Below are positions 1 through 11,639 of a DNA stretch of 64,000 bases, piece by piece; the first letter of the stretch is position 1, and the number at the start of each line of letters is the position of its first letter. The position numbers were made by a program, and so were the translations under genes. Origin of the DNA: Heptranchias perlo (lineage: Eukaryota); the NCBI RefSeq assembly GCF_035084215.1, contig NC_090346.1, forward strand, positions 47,802,001 through 47,866,000, written 5' to 3'. Below the pieces are notes generated by a model. It made no database searches and was not told the origin of the DNA. It saw nothing but the letters and a program-made list of their open reading frames with translations.

Positions 1-214
1 CGTATGATTTATTGTTGAGAAATCTGGGTGTGAAGGGCCGTGGCAATGTATTATCATAAATAATCCTAATTAATTTTATTATTGCATCATGTGGCCAAGC
101 CTGCCAGCATTCCTTGCAGACATTTAAAACACTGTTTTGATGCAATCTACTGAGCTGTTACAAATAGTTTCACTTTCGTTTTCCTGGTTCTAATTAATAA
201 AATGAATAGAAAGA

Positions 215-380
215 AGAAGTTGCATTTATTTAGCACCCTTCACAGCCTTAGGACGTCCCAAAGCACTTTGTATCCAACATTTGAATCCTAGTCGCTATTG
301 TATTATAGGGAAATGCAGCAGCCAATTTGCAAGGTCCCACAAACAGCAATAAGACGAGTGACTACTTAATCTATTGTTTG
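215..380 (-). mobile_element. Deu-domain SINE 3' fragment abutting the AIMP2 exon 2 acceptor
   Basis: ttgcatttatttagcaccc...ggacgtcccaaagcac...aaggtcccacaaacagcaat, shared with the other copies. Confidence 0.7.
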
Positions 381-389
381 GTTTTCCAG

Positions 390-596
390 AATGGGAATGA
401 TTATCCAGCACTCCAGGACTTGGAATCGAGGCAAACAGAAATCCTAAAACGTTTGTATGAGTTGAAGGCAGTTGTTGATGGGCTCTCGAAGACTGTTCTT
501 ACACCAGATGCTGACCTTGATGTTACAGAAATTAGCCAAGTCTGTTGTGTGCCGACAATCCATACCAGAGCTAACTTAGATTCAATACTGGGAAAG
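390..596 (+). CDS. AIMP2: AIMP2 exon 2 (aminoacyl-tRNA synthetase complex-interacting protein 2); exon 1 lies upstream of the window
   Basis: ttttccag|AAT...GGAAAG|gtaaat; 207 nt, phase 0-0; [46 protein letters not shown]...LDSILGK matches the AIMP2 exon 2 peptide. Confidence 0.95.
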
Positions 597-1146
597 GTAA
601 ATTTGAATCTCAACTCATCTCTTGTTAAATGAGCAGGTGTGTTAAGGGTGAATTTAATGGAGAAGTTCCCCTTTGCTCAGTGAGCTACAGATATTTCTGC
701 CGGTTCCCTTAGAGCTCTGGGTACATGCTGTCCAATATGGCCTTTGCACAGTCCATCTGTTTTGCCATCTCCCTCCCTGCTTTCAAAATCTACCTCAAGA
801 TCCTTCTCTTCAACTGCGCGTTCACCACACAGCCCTCTTTTTCCTTTTACTCCCAGCTCGCTACGCACTCATTGTCCACTGCCCTGTTAAGCACTCAGAG
901 ACAACGCTCTGTATATGAGGAGAACTGTAGAAATTTAATAAGTTGTAATACCAATCTTTACAGATTTAAACTAAAAGGTACAATTCTAAAGAGGATGCAG
1001 AAGCAGAGACCTGGGATTATATGTACACAGGTTGTGAAAGGTGGCAGGACAGGTTGAGAAAGCGGTTAAGAAAGCATACTGGATCCTGGGCTTTATAAAT
1101 AGAGGCATAGAATACAAAAGTGAGGATGTTATGTTGAACTTTTATA

Positions 1147-1381
1147 ATTGTAAACAATTTTACAACACCAAGTTATAGTCCAGCAATTTTATTTTAAATT
1201 CACAAGCTTTCGGAGGCTTCCCCCTTCGTCAGGTGAACGATGTGAAAATCATCGTTCACCTGACGAAGGGGGAAGCCTCCGAAAGTTTGTGAATTTAAAA
1301 TAAAATTGCTGGACTATAACTTGGTGTTGTAAAATTGTTTACAATTGTCAACCCCAGTCCATCACCGGCATCTCCACATCA
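1147..1381. mobile_element. Fold-back Penelope-like element copy 1 with hammerhead motifs, inserted into a CR1 LINE
   Basis: About 96-bp inverted arms plus a 35-nt unpaired tail; TSD GAACTTTTATA at 1136-1146 and 1382-1392. Confidence 0.8.
1199..1237 (-). ncRNA. Minimal type I hammerhead ribozyme motif
   Basis: UUCAC CUGACGA A GGGGG aag CCUCC GAAA GC UU GUGAA; the + arm copy (1255-1293) has GAAAGUUU. Confidence 0.7.
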
Positions 1382-1804
1382 GAACTTTTATAAAGCACTG
1401 GTTCGGCCACAATAGGAGTATTGTGTCCAATTCCGGGCATCGCACTTTAGGAAGGATGTGAAGGCCTTAGAGAGGGTGCAGAAAAGATTTACTAGACTGG
1501 TTCTAGGAATGAGGGACCTCAATTATGTGGATAGACTGGAAAAGCTGGGGTTGTTCTCCTTAGAGCAGAGAAGGTTGAGAGGAGATTTGATAGAGGTGTT
1601 CAAAATCATGAGGGGTCTTGACAAAGTAAATAAAGAAAGACTGTTCCCACTGGCGGAAGGGTCACGAACCACAGGACACAGGTTTAAGGTGATTGACAAA
1701 AGAACCAAAGGCGACATGAGGAAAAACTTTTTTACGCAGAGTGGTTAGGATCTGGAATGCATTACCTGCAAGGTTAGTGGAAGCAGAGTCAATTGTGGCT
1801 TTCA

Positions 1805-2660
1805 AATAATGAAGCAGGCCATGCCTGCACGCAGCAAGACCTGGACAACATCCAGGCTTGGGCTGATAAGTGGTAAGTAACATTTGCACCAGACAAGTGC
1901 CAGGCAATGACCATCTCCAACGAGAGAGAGTCTAACCACCTCCCCTTGACATTCAACGGCATTACCATTGCCGAATCCCCCACCATCAACATCCTGGGGG
2001 TCACCATTGACCAGAAACTTAACTGGACCAGCCATATAAATACTGTGGCTACAAGAGCAGGTCAGAGGCTGGGTATTCTGCGGTGAGTGACTCACCTCCT
2101 GACTCTCCAAAGCCTTTCCACCATCTACAAGGCACAAGTCAGGAGTGTGATGGAATACTCTCCACTTGCCTGGATGAGTGCAGCTCCAACAACACTCAAG
2201 AAGCTCGACATCATCCAGGAGAAAGCAGCCCGCTTGATTGGCACCACTTCCACCACCCTAAACATTCACTCCCTTCATCACCGGCGCACAGTGGCTGCGT
2301 TGTGTACCATCCACAGGATGCACTGCAGCAACTCGTCAAGGCTTCTTCAACAGCACCTCCCAAACCCGCGACCTCTACCACCTAGAAAGACAAGGGCAGC
2401 AGGCACATGGGAACAACACCACCTGCACGTTCCCCTCCAAGTCACACACCATCCCGACTTGGAAATATATTGCCGTTCCTTCATCGTCGCTGGGTCAAAA
2501 TCCTGGAACTCCCTTCCTAACAGCACTGTGGGAGAACCGTCACCACACGGACTGCAGTGGTTCAAGTAGGTGGCTCACCACCACCTTCTCAAGGGCAATT
2601 AGGGATGGGCAATAAATGCTGGCCTTGCCAACGATGCCCACATCCCATGAACGAATTTTT
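1805..2660 (+). mobile_element. CR1/L2-group LINE 3' part nested in CR1
   Basis: RT C-terminal peptides QQDLDNIQAWADKW, STIYKAQVRSVMEYSPLAW, KSWNSLPNS; 3' tail gggcaataaatgctggcc. Confidence 0.85.
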
Positions 2661-4858
2661 AAAAAATTAGATAGGTACCTGAAGGAGAAAAATTTTCAGG
2701 GGGATGGGACTAGCTGGATTGCTCTTGTGGAGAGCTGTCTCAGGCTCGATGGGCCCAATGGCCTCCTCCTGTGCCGTAACCATTCTATGATTTAAAAATT
2801 TAAGCTACACCCTGAGACGCTGGCATTAATCTGTCAGCCTGACTTCTTATCGAATGCTTTGTCATTTTATTCTCCCGTTGCAGTTTGCCTTTCGACTTTT
2901 GCTCAACTCTCGTGATTTCCATTTTAGTATTTGTATCTTCAACAACATGCTCCAATTTTCTGATCCCTACTACTTCCTGTTAGATTAAGAATCCATTCTG
3001 GCCACAAACATTTGTTTACTTATCAAGAATTCAGAGCAGATTACTGAGACTTCGGTGTTCCACAGTTCTGCATTTTTAATTGGAGTGGGATATTTTCTAT
3101 AATGTTAGAATTTGCTATATTTTGGTAGTTTGTCAAGAAGGTAAAATGTATCATTTATGCAAAAGTAGCTGAGATTTGCAACTAAACGCGCTTCTTCAGT
3201 GGGTGCGATTAACAGTATTGGGAATTTGAATCTTCTATTCATTTTACTGGAGTTGACTATTTTGTTTAGATCTACAATATATTGAGTCAGTGAGGCTTAG
3301 GCCTTGCGTCATCCTTTTGTTTAGGCCTTTGGCTCAGCAGTAAGCAATTATTGAATTTCCTATCATCGCCCTTCCTGTTTCTCTTGTTGCAGTTTCTCAA
3401 TTAACCTCGCTCCAATTTTGTTTTCTTCTTAGCTTTACAATTTCCAAAGTCCATTACTTTAGTTGCATGGTTAGTTTCTGTTCATCCTTAATATTTTAAG
3501 TATTAACACTTTGATAACTCGTGCCTGAATGTTATTGAGCGTTTCTGACTCCGAACTAAATATGATGTTACGTCTGCCCTGGTGGACTAGTTCATGTATA
3601 GAATCAAAAAAACAGTCTTCGATCACCTGATTACACTTATTGCCTCTTCCTCCCTTCCCGTGCCTCAACAATTGGAAGAAAATATCTGTGACCGGGAACA
3701 TGCCAACAGAAGGAGCATTAGGCAGAATAACCTGTTCATATGGGTAGAATTTTTAAATACTGATTTTTTTTCATTTTTGTTTCGAATGAATAGTTTTTTT
3801 TTCACTCTCCTGGCCAATCTTCTCTCCTGAAGTTGCTGACCCCTCGCTGGGGTACAGTTCCATGTGCACACGGTGCCTCTCGGTATCTCGCCCAAGTGGG
3901 CGGGTTCTTCATGCATTAGCCTGGTGAGTGGGTGTGAGCAGGCTGCTTGCCCATGGAGGGTGTGGTCTGTGGCTGCGAGCTGTTGTCACTTAAAAGTCCC
4001 CACAATTCCAGTTGGGATCACTGGGAATTGACCAGGAGCAGCACCCCTGTCGGTTCTCCCCTCCCTAAACCGTAGGCACTGAGACCAGTTGTAGCACCTA
4101 CTGCTGCCCTGACTGGGATCGGTTAAGTAATGGCCGCATCTTAATTTCTTTAAACTTTGAAAGTAAATTGACTGACCGTCCCAATTACAGTGCAGATACT
4201 AATAACACACAACTGCTGTTAAATGTTTACATAGTGAGTAATCTGTATAAATGATAGTTATTTCCATTTTAAGTCTTGTATAGAAAAGCCTTTAGTCGTA
4301 GTCAATGATTGTCCACGTTTAAACAGAAACAAAAATGTAGCAGCTCCCAACATCTGCCTACTATACATTGCATTCTAAGTCTCCCTGTATGATTGTGATA
4401 TTAATACTGTGGATGATGCACCAGCTGACCCAGCGTGTTGGTACTCTCTGTGCGTGTCTAAACAAATTAGGATAAAAGTAGCCCTTGTATCAATATAGCC
4501 GGTCTAAAATTACTGCCCGGGGTCATTTGCTCATGCAATTGAAGCCTCCATGTCTGTTGCTATAAAGAACATGCTCAACGCGTCTGTCCATATAACTGTG
4601 ACTCTAGCTCCAGTGAAATCTAGGTTTTCCAATTGTAGCATCAATTGATGGGGGCGAATTGAAATTTTCAAGACCGAGATTGCTAGATTTTTGTTAGGTA
4701 AGCATATCAAGGGATATGGAGTTGAGGTACAGGTCAGCCGGGATCTAATTGAATGGGCTCGAGGGGTTAAGTGGCCGCCTCCTATTCCTATTTTGTCAGT
4801 TTGTACTGTCTGTGTTGCATTCACAATTGTCTTTTAATTTAATTACGCTTCGCTTTAG

Positions 4859-5090
4859 AGTTCTGGTGTCCTCCGAGACATCGTCATCAATGCCAGCCCT
4901 TCTGAGGTGCCGCTGTCGCTATTGGTCCTGCACAGTTTGCTGTGTGAGCAATACAGGGTGTTGTCTTCAGTGCACGTGCACTCCTCGGTGAAAAACAATC
5001 CAGCCCAACTCAGAAACTGTCTAGGCGAAGAAAGCAGCAGTCGGTCACGGCAGGAATATCAACTCGGCTTTACTGTCATCTGGAAGGATG
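4859..5090 (+). CDS. AIMP2: AIMP2 exon 3
   Basis: cgctttag|AGT...AAGGATG|gtgagg; 232 nt; [45 protein letters not shown]...[11 protein letters not shown]. Confidence 0.95.
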
Positions 5091-6011
5091 GTGAGGAGAA
5101 AATATTCGGTGGAGCTTTCCTGAAAACAAACTCAATTGTTGGAGTTTGGAAATAATTTTGTAAAACAAATCAAGCTCATTTCCTAACTTCTTTACAGTGT
5201 ACAGGTGGAAAATTTAGACTCTCTCCAGTGAAGACACTCTAGCCACGTTTGTCCCTTAAACAGTCAACTTGGAGCTCAAGTTTGCTCATTGCAATAAGAT
5301 TGTGCTCAGTTATTTAAAAGGAAATCTATAAATGTACCCGGGCAAACTAATACTGAAATAGGCTATTTTTATAAATGGCCTGGAAGGCAGAATATTGGCC
5401 AAGGTATCTGGGACAAAAGTGGGTGCAATGGCCAATGATACTGACCAATACGCAATAATCCAGAGAGACCTGGACAAGTTAAGATCAGTGGACAAAGGAT
5501 TAATTATGAATTCTTGAGATTTGGCAGAAGAAGCAGGCATATAAACTGTGCAATGAGTTTCCCTGAACTATGTGTTCTCTAACAGAATTTGGAGGGACAT
5601 AGCTGTGGAAGCTGGGATTGGTGCAGGAGGGTAATCTTTCAACGGTTGAGGCAGCGTAAGATTGCTGCTGATTCTAGCGTAGGCCCCGAAAGTACTCGAC
5701 AAGAGGTGTATTACCAGTCTCTTCTAGCAGCACGGTTATTGATTTTGAACATATAATCTATATGATGGATATTATAACGTGCTTTTATGGCAACATAACT
5801 ATTGGAGTAGCTGTTTCCTCACCAGTCAATCATTGATCTGGGTCCCAGGGCTGCCGGGTACTGACCCTGTCTGCCACATGTTGGTTTTCAGTTCTGACAT
5901 TAAGATAACAATGCAGTAAATCTGAATGGTGCAAGACTGAGGCTTGCCCGTATGTTTTAGATGGACCTGCTGGATGTGACAGTACAGTGGCTTTTGTGTT
6001 TTTTTTGGCAG

Positions 6012-6391
6012 TGTCCAAACCGCAAATGAAGTTCAGCATCCAAAGCATGTGCTCCATCGAAGGTGAGGGAAACATCGCCCGCTTCCTCTTCTCCTTACTT
6101 GGCCGCGAATACGATCCAGTGGCCTCGACGCAGATCGACAGCTGGGTGGACGTTGCCATCTTCCAGCTGAAGATGGGCAGCAACAAGGAGAAGGCAGCCG
6201 TAATGCGTTCCTTAAACTCCGTCCTCGGCAAGAGCCCCTGCGTAGTGGGAGTTGATCTGACGTTAGCTGACATCGTGCTGTACTGTGCTTTGCAGCAGAC
6301 GGAGATTGCCAGTGTTCCAGCTAATGTCCAGAGATGGGTGAAATCCTGTGAAAATCTAGCATGCTTCAATCTAGCACCAAAGCTGAAGTAA
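6012..6391 (+). CDS. AIMP2: AIMP2 exon 4 (last coding exon, GST-C-like domain)
   Basis: tttggcag|TGTCC...TAA; [27 protein letters not shown]...[11 protein letters not shown]...[16 protein letters not shown]. Confidence 0.95.
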
Positions 6392-6504
6392 ATGTTGTAG
6401 TGGAGGGGAAATTGTACTTTTTAAACCCTTTCCAGCTGATACCTGTATATTTAAATTGGGTCTTACTGTTTGCATATCTGAGGAAGTACCTATTTAAATC
6501 ATTT

Positions 6505-6510
6505 AATAAA
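6505..6510 (+). terminator. Probable AIMP2 polyadenylation signal AATAAA (second candidate at 6955-6960)
   Basis: AATAAA about 115 nt after the stop codon, followed by T-rich sequence. Confidence 0.55.
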
Positions 6511-7904
6511 TATTTTTAACAGCATTCTTTGACTGAAAAGTCTTCCTTTTTAAAAAAAAAAATTGTGCATTTTAATTCATCTGAATGTAGAAATCAGCAC
6601 TACCAGTTAGGTATGTGACTCCAATTGACACAAGCAGCAACACTGTCTTTAAGATTGGCCAGTATCTATTGACTTCATGTGTAGATTCAGTGGCTCTGAC
6701 ATTCTGCTATTAAACTGCAGGCAAGTGGAAATTGTTGGGGAAAATCGCTATTTAGTAACTCCATAAGAGCAAGTACATCAAAAACTCAAGATTTACTTTA
6801 AACCCATCCCTCCTTGCCAATCCTACTCATACACACCCACTCCCCATAGCTATTTTTGCTCTTTTTTTTAAACCCCCAAAATTAATTTGTACCTCAAGTA
6901 CAACTTGGTTCAGAACTAAGTAATCCTTGTATTGTGTTTAAAATTGTATTAAATAATAAACATACACTTGGCAGCACCTCATGCACGAATTGGTACGTAT
7001 GCTTTCAAACCCAGTCCAGTGTACCTAGTTTGCGGACTACCCTTTGATCTGGGACCTACCTGCTACACTGCAGATTGTTCCTCCTGTAGTACGGCCTGTC
7101 CTAAAGGTACAGAAAATCTGTTCCTACAATGCTCGGTGGCAAAGAAAACTAATTGACCTTCCTGTGAATTAGTGCCCGAAACAAGTTGATCACAACTGTT
7201 ACCCTGTCACTGAGCAGCTACTAATATTTACATGCAGTCAATGCATTTTATATCCAGTACCATAGCATTTACTCAGGCATCAGTTAGAAAGATACAGAAT
7301 TCAAGTTAAGGATAAATGAACACAAGCAGATCAGTGCAAATGGCCTGGACACCTTTATTATTCATTCTTGGGATGTGGGCGTTGCTGGCAAGGCCAGCAT
7401 TTGTTGCTCTTGAGAAGGTGGTGGTGAGCCGCCACCTTGAACCGCTGCAGTCCACGTGGTGAAAGTACGTACTCCCGTCACATTTCCTCACTCACTATTT
7501 CTGACTGAGGACACGTGTAGGAAATCCATTCTTAAAAAATGGACTTGCATTTATCATATTTCAAAGTGCATTTGAAATGTAGTCACAGATATCGGGGAAA
7601 CACAGCAGACAATTTGCATACAGCAAGATTCCACAAAAAGCAATGAGATGAACGAGCAGTTAATCTGTCTTTGGAGTTGGTCAAAGGAGGAACAGTGGCC
7701 AGGACACAAGGACCTGCTCTTTGGCAAAGCTTTACATTCATAATGTTTCATTTAATATTCAATCCTTCTCACTCATAATCAACTCATTAAATTAAACCTG
7801 TACATTCACAAAACACAATTATCATAGATGAGGTATTCAAAGTGAATTTGGGTGGAAAGGACGACAGACTGGGAGAAAATTTCTCCAGGAAATCATGAAG
7901 ATCT

Positions 7905-8066
7905 CTAACCGGGTACCCCCTCTCCAGCCAGTAATTTGACTTTATCTTTGAGGTTTCTGATTTCTTCATTCTGATCAATAATTTTCTGTTGTAGGCTCTT
8001 AATTTCTTGCTCCTGGGTCACTACTTTCTGTTCGAGGTTGCCCTGCGGTGAAGTAACAGGAGTAAC
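7905..8066 (-). CDS. EIF2AK1: EIF2AK1 (HRI) exon 15, C-terminal coiled coil and stop
   Basis: cacgtag|GTT...GGT TAG; VTPVTSPQGNLEQKVVTQEQEIKSLQQKIIDQNEEIRNLKDKVKLLAGEGVPG*. Confidence 0.85.
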   Translation of the reverse strand, partial: VTPVTSPQGNLEQKVVTQEQEIKSLQQKIIDQNEEIRNLKDKVKLLAGEGVPG

Positions 8067-8324
8067 CTACGTGTGAAAGAAAATATCACAGCTGTTATTG
8101 AGTGGGAAAAGAGAAAGAAAACAGATGAAGCATAAAACTGACAGCATCTAGTCCATCCAAAATTAATCCTGCTTCAGCCCCAGAATCTTACCTTAAATTA
8201 TTTTATTTTTTTCCCCCTCAATTCTTTAGTGAAGCTAAATCAAATATTAAACACTAAAGTTTGAAGAAAAACACAAGGCCAAAGTTGACCTAAATAAATT
8301 AGATTAAACTCGACAAGAGACAGA

Positions 8325-8705
8325 CTTGCACTTATATAGCGCCTTTCACGACCTCAGGATATCCCAAAGCGCTTTATAACCAATAGAGTACTTGTGAAGT
8401 ATAGTCACTGTTGCAATGTAGGACGCGCACAGCAAGGTCCCACAAACAGCAATAAAATAAATGACCAGATCATCTGTTTTAGGTGTTGGTTGAGGGATAA
8501 ATATTGGCCAGGACACCGGGGAGAACTCCCCTGCTCTTCTTTGAAATCATGCCATAGGAACTTTTATACCCACCTGAGAGGGAAGACGAGGCCTCGGTTT
8601 AACATATCCGAAAGTTGGCACCTCCGACAGTGCAGCACTCCTTTGGTACTGCGCTGGGAGTGTCAGCCTAGATATTTGTGCTCAAGTCTCTGGAGTGGGA
8701 CTGGA
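8325..8705 (-). mobile_element. tRNA-derived Deu-domain SINE (SacSINE1/AmnSINE-like)
   Basis: Central domain gtgctgcactgtcggaggtgcc...aaaccgaggcc...ggtgtcctggccaatatttatccctcaacc with an L2-like tail; about 12 copies in the window. Confidence 0.75.
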
Positions 8706-8955
8706 AGGCCACGGCTGACTAAACCCAAAAAACTAACAAATTCCTCAGCGAGAATTTTCACCACAATCAATTAAAGGCTCGCTATCGAAACTGCGTTCTC
8801 AAATCACCCTTTTCAAATCTCCTTCCCTCAATTTCATCAATGGGATGTTTACAGAGGAAAGCAGGAATTCTGACGGAGGTTTTTTGTTGTTGAAATAGGA
8901 GTTTCTGCCCCTACTCCCTAAACCAATTTTAAGGGACAAAGATTTCTACCCTTAC

Positions 8956-9189
8956 TTCAAGTGAATTGTAGAAGAGGTCACTGCCCAACATCTCATCTGC
9001 ACTCGGTCTGTGGGAAGCGGTTTCACTGGTTAGCATCTTAATGTATTTAGACTGTACAGGCCACCGGTGTGTAAAGTCCTCTGCAATGTGGCCTTCTCGA
9101 AGGGCTGTGAGTGTCTTTGTCCTTTCCATCTGTGTTCCAAACGGCTGGAAGAGCTCCAATAAGATGATACCTACGCTGTACATATCTGA
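8956..9189 (-). CDS. EIF2AK1: EIF2AK1 exon 14 (kinase subdomains IX-XI)
   Basis: ctttcag|TCA...GAA|gtaagg; 234 nt; SDMYSVGIILLELFQPFGTQMER...HRPSADEMLGSDLF. Confidence 0.95.
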
Positions 9190-10089
9190 CTGAAAGTGGA
9201 GATAGAAACATAGACGTTACAACACGGGAACAGTCCATTCACCCCAACCAGTCCCTGTCGTCATTTACCCTCCACACCAGCAAATAGTTCCAATCGCATT
9301 TACCCACCGTGTCCCCATATCCCTTCAACCCCCTCTCCAATCTAACCTTGAATGTCAACAGTTTCTGCCTCAACCACTAACCCTGGAAGTGAATTCTGCA
9401 GCCTCACAACTCTGAAGAAGTTTCTCCTGCCCTCCGTTCTAAATCTCTTACATTTAATCTTGTATCTATGGTTAAAATTTGGTACAAAAAAACCCCATGG
9501 TGTGAGCCAGTGGCTTTCAAAGTTTTCTGCATGGAAGACTCCCTGTAAATGCTGACGCTGTCAGGGGAATCCCCTGTGCTAACTGCTGAAAGAACTTCAG
9601 GAAAACAGGGCCATCATTGCAGAAAACATTCTTATACAGGAACAGAAGTATACAAGTCAACAAATAAAGGGGAAAAAAATACAAAATAGGGAGTTCTTCA
9701 GATCTTGGTCTTGCAGATCCGATGTCCTCAGGTACCACAGACCCCAAGCTTAAAATCCATGGTGTAACCATTGCAAAATTACAATTAGAAGCCAGAATGG
9801 ATAGTTGCAAACTATGGGACGGAGAAGATTTAACTTTCGAATGTTCTCTCAATTTTAGAAGAGCAGCCATACATTTATTCAGGTTGTATTGTGCAGTCAT
9901 TTATCCAGCTGTAATATATTAATAATTTTATGTCCACACCTATCTCCTGTCTATTAAAACTTACACTTTTGTCAACTAAATTCCTATGTCCACATTTATA
10001 ATGATGTGGAGATGCCGGTGATGGATTGGGGTTGACAATTGTAAACAATTTTACAACACCAAGTTATAGTCCAGCAATTTTATTTTAAA

Positions 10090-10128
10090 TTCACAAGCTT
10101 TCGGAGGCTTCCTCCTTCGTCAGGTGAA
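10090..10128 (-). ncRNA. Minimal type I hammerhead ribozyme motif (sense in HRI pre-mRNA)
   Basis: UUCAC CUGACGA A GGAGG aag CCUCC GAAA GC UU GUGAA. Confidence 0.72.
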
Positions 10129-10195
10129 CGATGTGAAAATGAAATCCTCGAAATGAAAATGAAATCCTCATTTCGAGGATTTCATTTTCACATCG

Positions 10196-10234
10196 TTCAC
10201 CTGACGAAGGAGGAAGCCTCCGAAAGCTTGTGAA
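10196..10234 (+). ncRNA. Minimal type I hammerhead ribozyme motif
   Basis: Identical motif in the opposite arm. Confidence 0.72.
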
Positions 10235-10504
10235 TTTAAAATAAAATTGCTGGACTATAACTTGGTGTTGTAAAATTGTTCACATTTATAATGGCACCTG
10301 CCTATGTAAACTTGTCACGCTGTAATTATACCCTTCAGCCAATTGTCTCATCATTCCGCCCTCTAACCCTGTTTCACTGAAGACTACACTTGGTTTTGTT
10401 ACCCTCTGTACAAAACCAAGGGAGATCAAATAGTACAATTTTTTAAAAAAAGACTAATATTTCAATCCCAGTTAATCTGACGAAGGAAACCTTGCAGTTC
10501 CTCA

Positions 10505-10890
10505 ATCAATTAGGAACAAGGATCAGGAGGAGGCCATTCAGCCCCTCGAACCTGTTCCACCATTCAATTAGATTATGGCTGATCTGTATCTTAACTCTAT
10601 TTACCCGCCCTGGTTCCGTATCCCTTAATCCCCTTACCCTAACAAAAATCTATCAATCTCCGTTTTGAAATTTTCAATTGACCCCCAGCCTCAACAGCTT
10701 TTTGGGGGAGAGAGTTCCAGATTTCCACTCCCCTTTGTGTGAAGAAGTGCTTCCTGACATCACCCCTGAACGGCCTAGCTCCAATTTTAAGGTCATACCC
10801 TCCTTTGTTCCAGACTCCCCCCACCAGAGGAAATAGTTTCTCTCTATCTACCCCATCAAATCCTTTATGCATCTTAAACACCTCATTGAA
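10505..10890 (-). mobile_element. CR1 LINE 3' fragment
   Basis: EVFKMHKGFDGVDREKLFPL...FFTQRGVEIWNSLPQKAVEAG; close relative at 21385-21880 (-). Confidence 0.8.
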
Positions 10891-11233
10891 CAATTAAAAG
10901 TAGAATGGAGAGTGATCCCAGTGTTCCCACTCCTGATCGTCATCCGGTGACCTCTGTCGGAAGTGAAAGTACATGCTCATTAAGTGTGGATAAATTTGGC
11001 CTCAGCTTAGATGCGCCCCCCCTCCCGACCCACAGCAAATATCCTGCTGATATTCGATGTCCAGACTTACACAGGAAGAATGGGCCATTTTGAAATACCA
11101 GTAGAATCGTGCCCCAGAGTAACAAATGAACGTTTTTGGGAGAGGGGAAGGAGAGAAAAAAAAAAAATAGTATTTTGGATTTATAACCGGGTGCACTCAA
11201 CGCTTGGTAAATCTACAGATGTTTGAGTCAATA

Positions 11234-11400
11234 GGGGTAATTTTAACCTAACTCACCCCAAGGGGTCGGGTGGAACACTGGTTTTACACTCCGCCTGTCA
11301 CTGTCCACTGCCTTCAACGGAAAGTTAAATCGGGGCGAGATGTGAAACCATCATTACACCAGTCAGTTTCCCCACAGGCGGGTTAGGTTAAAATTGCCGC
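11234..11400. mobile_element. Short MITE-like element with about 20-bp terminal inverted repeats
   Basis: GGGGTAATTTTAACCTAAC ... GTTAGGTTAAAATTGCCGC, with internal imperfect symmetry. Confidence 0.55.
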
Positions 11401-11559
11401 CAGTGTGTCTGATAAAACGTTCTATCATCCCGAATTATATCCAGCACTCTGCTATTCCAGCTGTAAAAGTAAATGCGTTAACAAGTTGGCCTGGGGAATG
11501 CATAAATAGAAATTGGAAATTAAACAGAAGGATTACGTATTTGAAAGAGATATCTGTAC

Positions 11560-11639
11560 CTTGAAATCATAGTGCGAGCCTCTCAGTTGTTCGGGGGAAG
11601 CATACAGACGAGTCCCCACTCCTGAGGTGTGCTTTGAAT
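11560..11639 (-). CDS. EIF2AK1: EIF2AK1 exon 13 (activation segment)
   Basis: ctcccag|AT...AAG|gtacag; SKHTSGVGTRLYASPEQLRGSHYDFK. Confidence 0.95.

Larger units (their letters stand above)
915..1803 (+). mobile_element. CR1-type LINE 3' fragment (resumes at about 2668-2790 after a nested LINE)
   Basis: ALERVQKRFTRLVLGMRDLNYVDRLEKLGLFSLEQRRLRGDLIEVFKIMRG is the CR1 ORF2 C-terminus; tail cattctatgat. Confidence 0.85.
10002..10280. mobile_element. Fold-back Penelope-like element copy 2 (EIF2AK1 intron 13)
   Basis: Near-perfect inverted arms over 100 bp, tail on the left; TSD CACATTTATAA(TG) at 9991 and 10281. Confidence 0.82.

Noticed and set aside
5830-6369. 179-aa minus-strand ORF
   Set aside because: Antisense to AIMP2 exon 4, with no independent support
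10476-10492. CTGACGAAGGAAAC as another hammerhead core
   Set aside because: No room for stem II and no flanking stem I
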